NCBI RefSeq assembly: GCF_009914755.1
Contig: NC_060927.1
Origin: the human T2T-CHM13v2.0 reference genome, Homo sapiens
DNA: 64,000 nucleotides
Direction: 5' to 3' (one strand)
In this document: in pieces, positions 63,838 through 64,000 of the stretch
Position numbering within the stretch: position 1 is the stretch's first letter
Layout: every line of letters starts with the position of its first letter
Notes under the pieces: generated by a model
Seen by the model: only the letters and a program-made list of their open reading frames with translations
Database searches by the model: none
Told to the model about the DNA's origin: nothing
Made by a program: the position numbers and the translations under genes

Positions 63838-64000
63838 CCAGTGGTACAGACTAGAGGCACCAGAGCCCACCAGATGTGGATTCCTTACCCTTGAACTACA
63901 AGACCTTGGACAAGGTTCTTAACCTCTCTGAATCCTAGTTACTCATCTGAAAAATGGGGATATGAGCAGTATCGGTCTCATAATCCCCAGGGCTACTGGG
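63838..64000 (+). mobile_element. MIR
   Basis: gaccttggacaaggttcttaacctctctgaatcctagttactcatctgaaaaatgggga MIR core. Confidence 0.7.

Overview
Human (primate) genomic DNA covering an internal part of LARS2, the nuclear gene for mitochondrial leucyl-tRNA synthetase, on the + strand. Seven GT-AG coding exons splice into one open frame: 17252-17341, 29103-29246, 44599-44706, 46822-46981, 56061-56165, 59070-59185 and 61890-62173 (exons 7-13 in the numbering I recall). They encode part of the Rossmann fold, a ZN1 knuckle that has lost its cysteines, a degenerate CP1 editing domain and the [15 protein letters not shown] motif. The rest is intron, dense with Alu, L1, L2, MIR, MaLR/ERV LTRs and hAT DNA transposon relics, including human-specific AluYb8 and AluYa5 copies with intact target-site duplications. 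The provided ORFs are repeat-derived or spurious except where they overlap exons. I see no new protein-coding system. The most unusual signal is three local copies of apparently non-repetitive intronic DNA. Two are inverted: about 245 bp bracketing exon 7, and about 185 bp at 5.3/6.6 kb, both with microhomology or fold-back junctions. One is a direct spliced-together copy bracketing exon 8. A young inverted Alu hairpin also lies upstream of exon 7. Together these could form a lineage-specific RNA-structure layer acting on in-frame-skippable exons; that is a hypothesis, not shown. All identities are hand counts and subfamily names are from memory.
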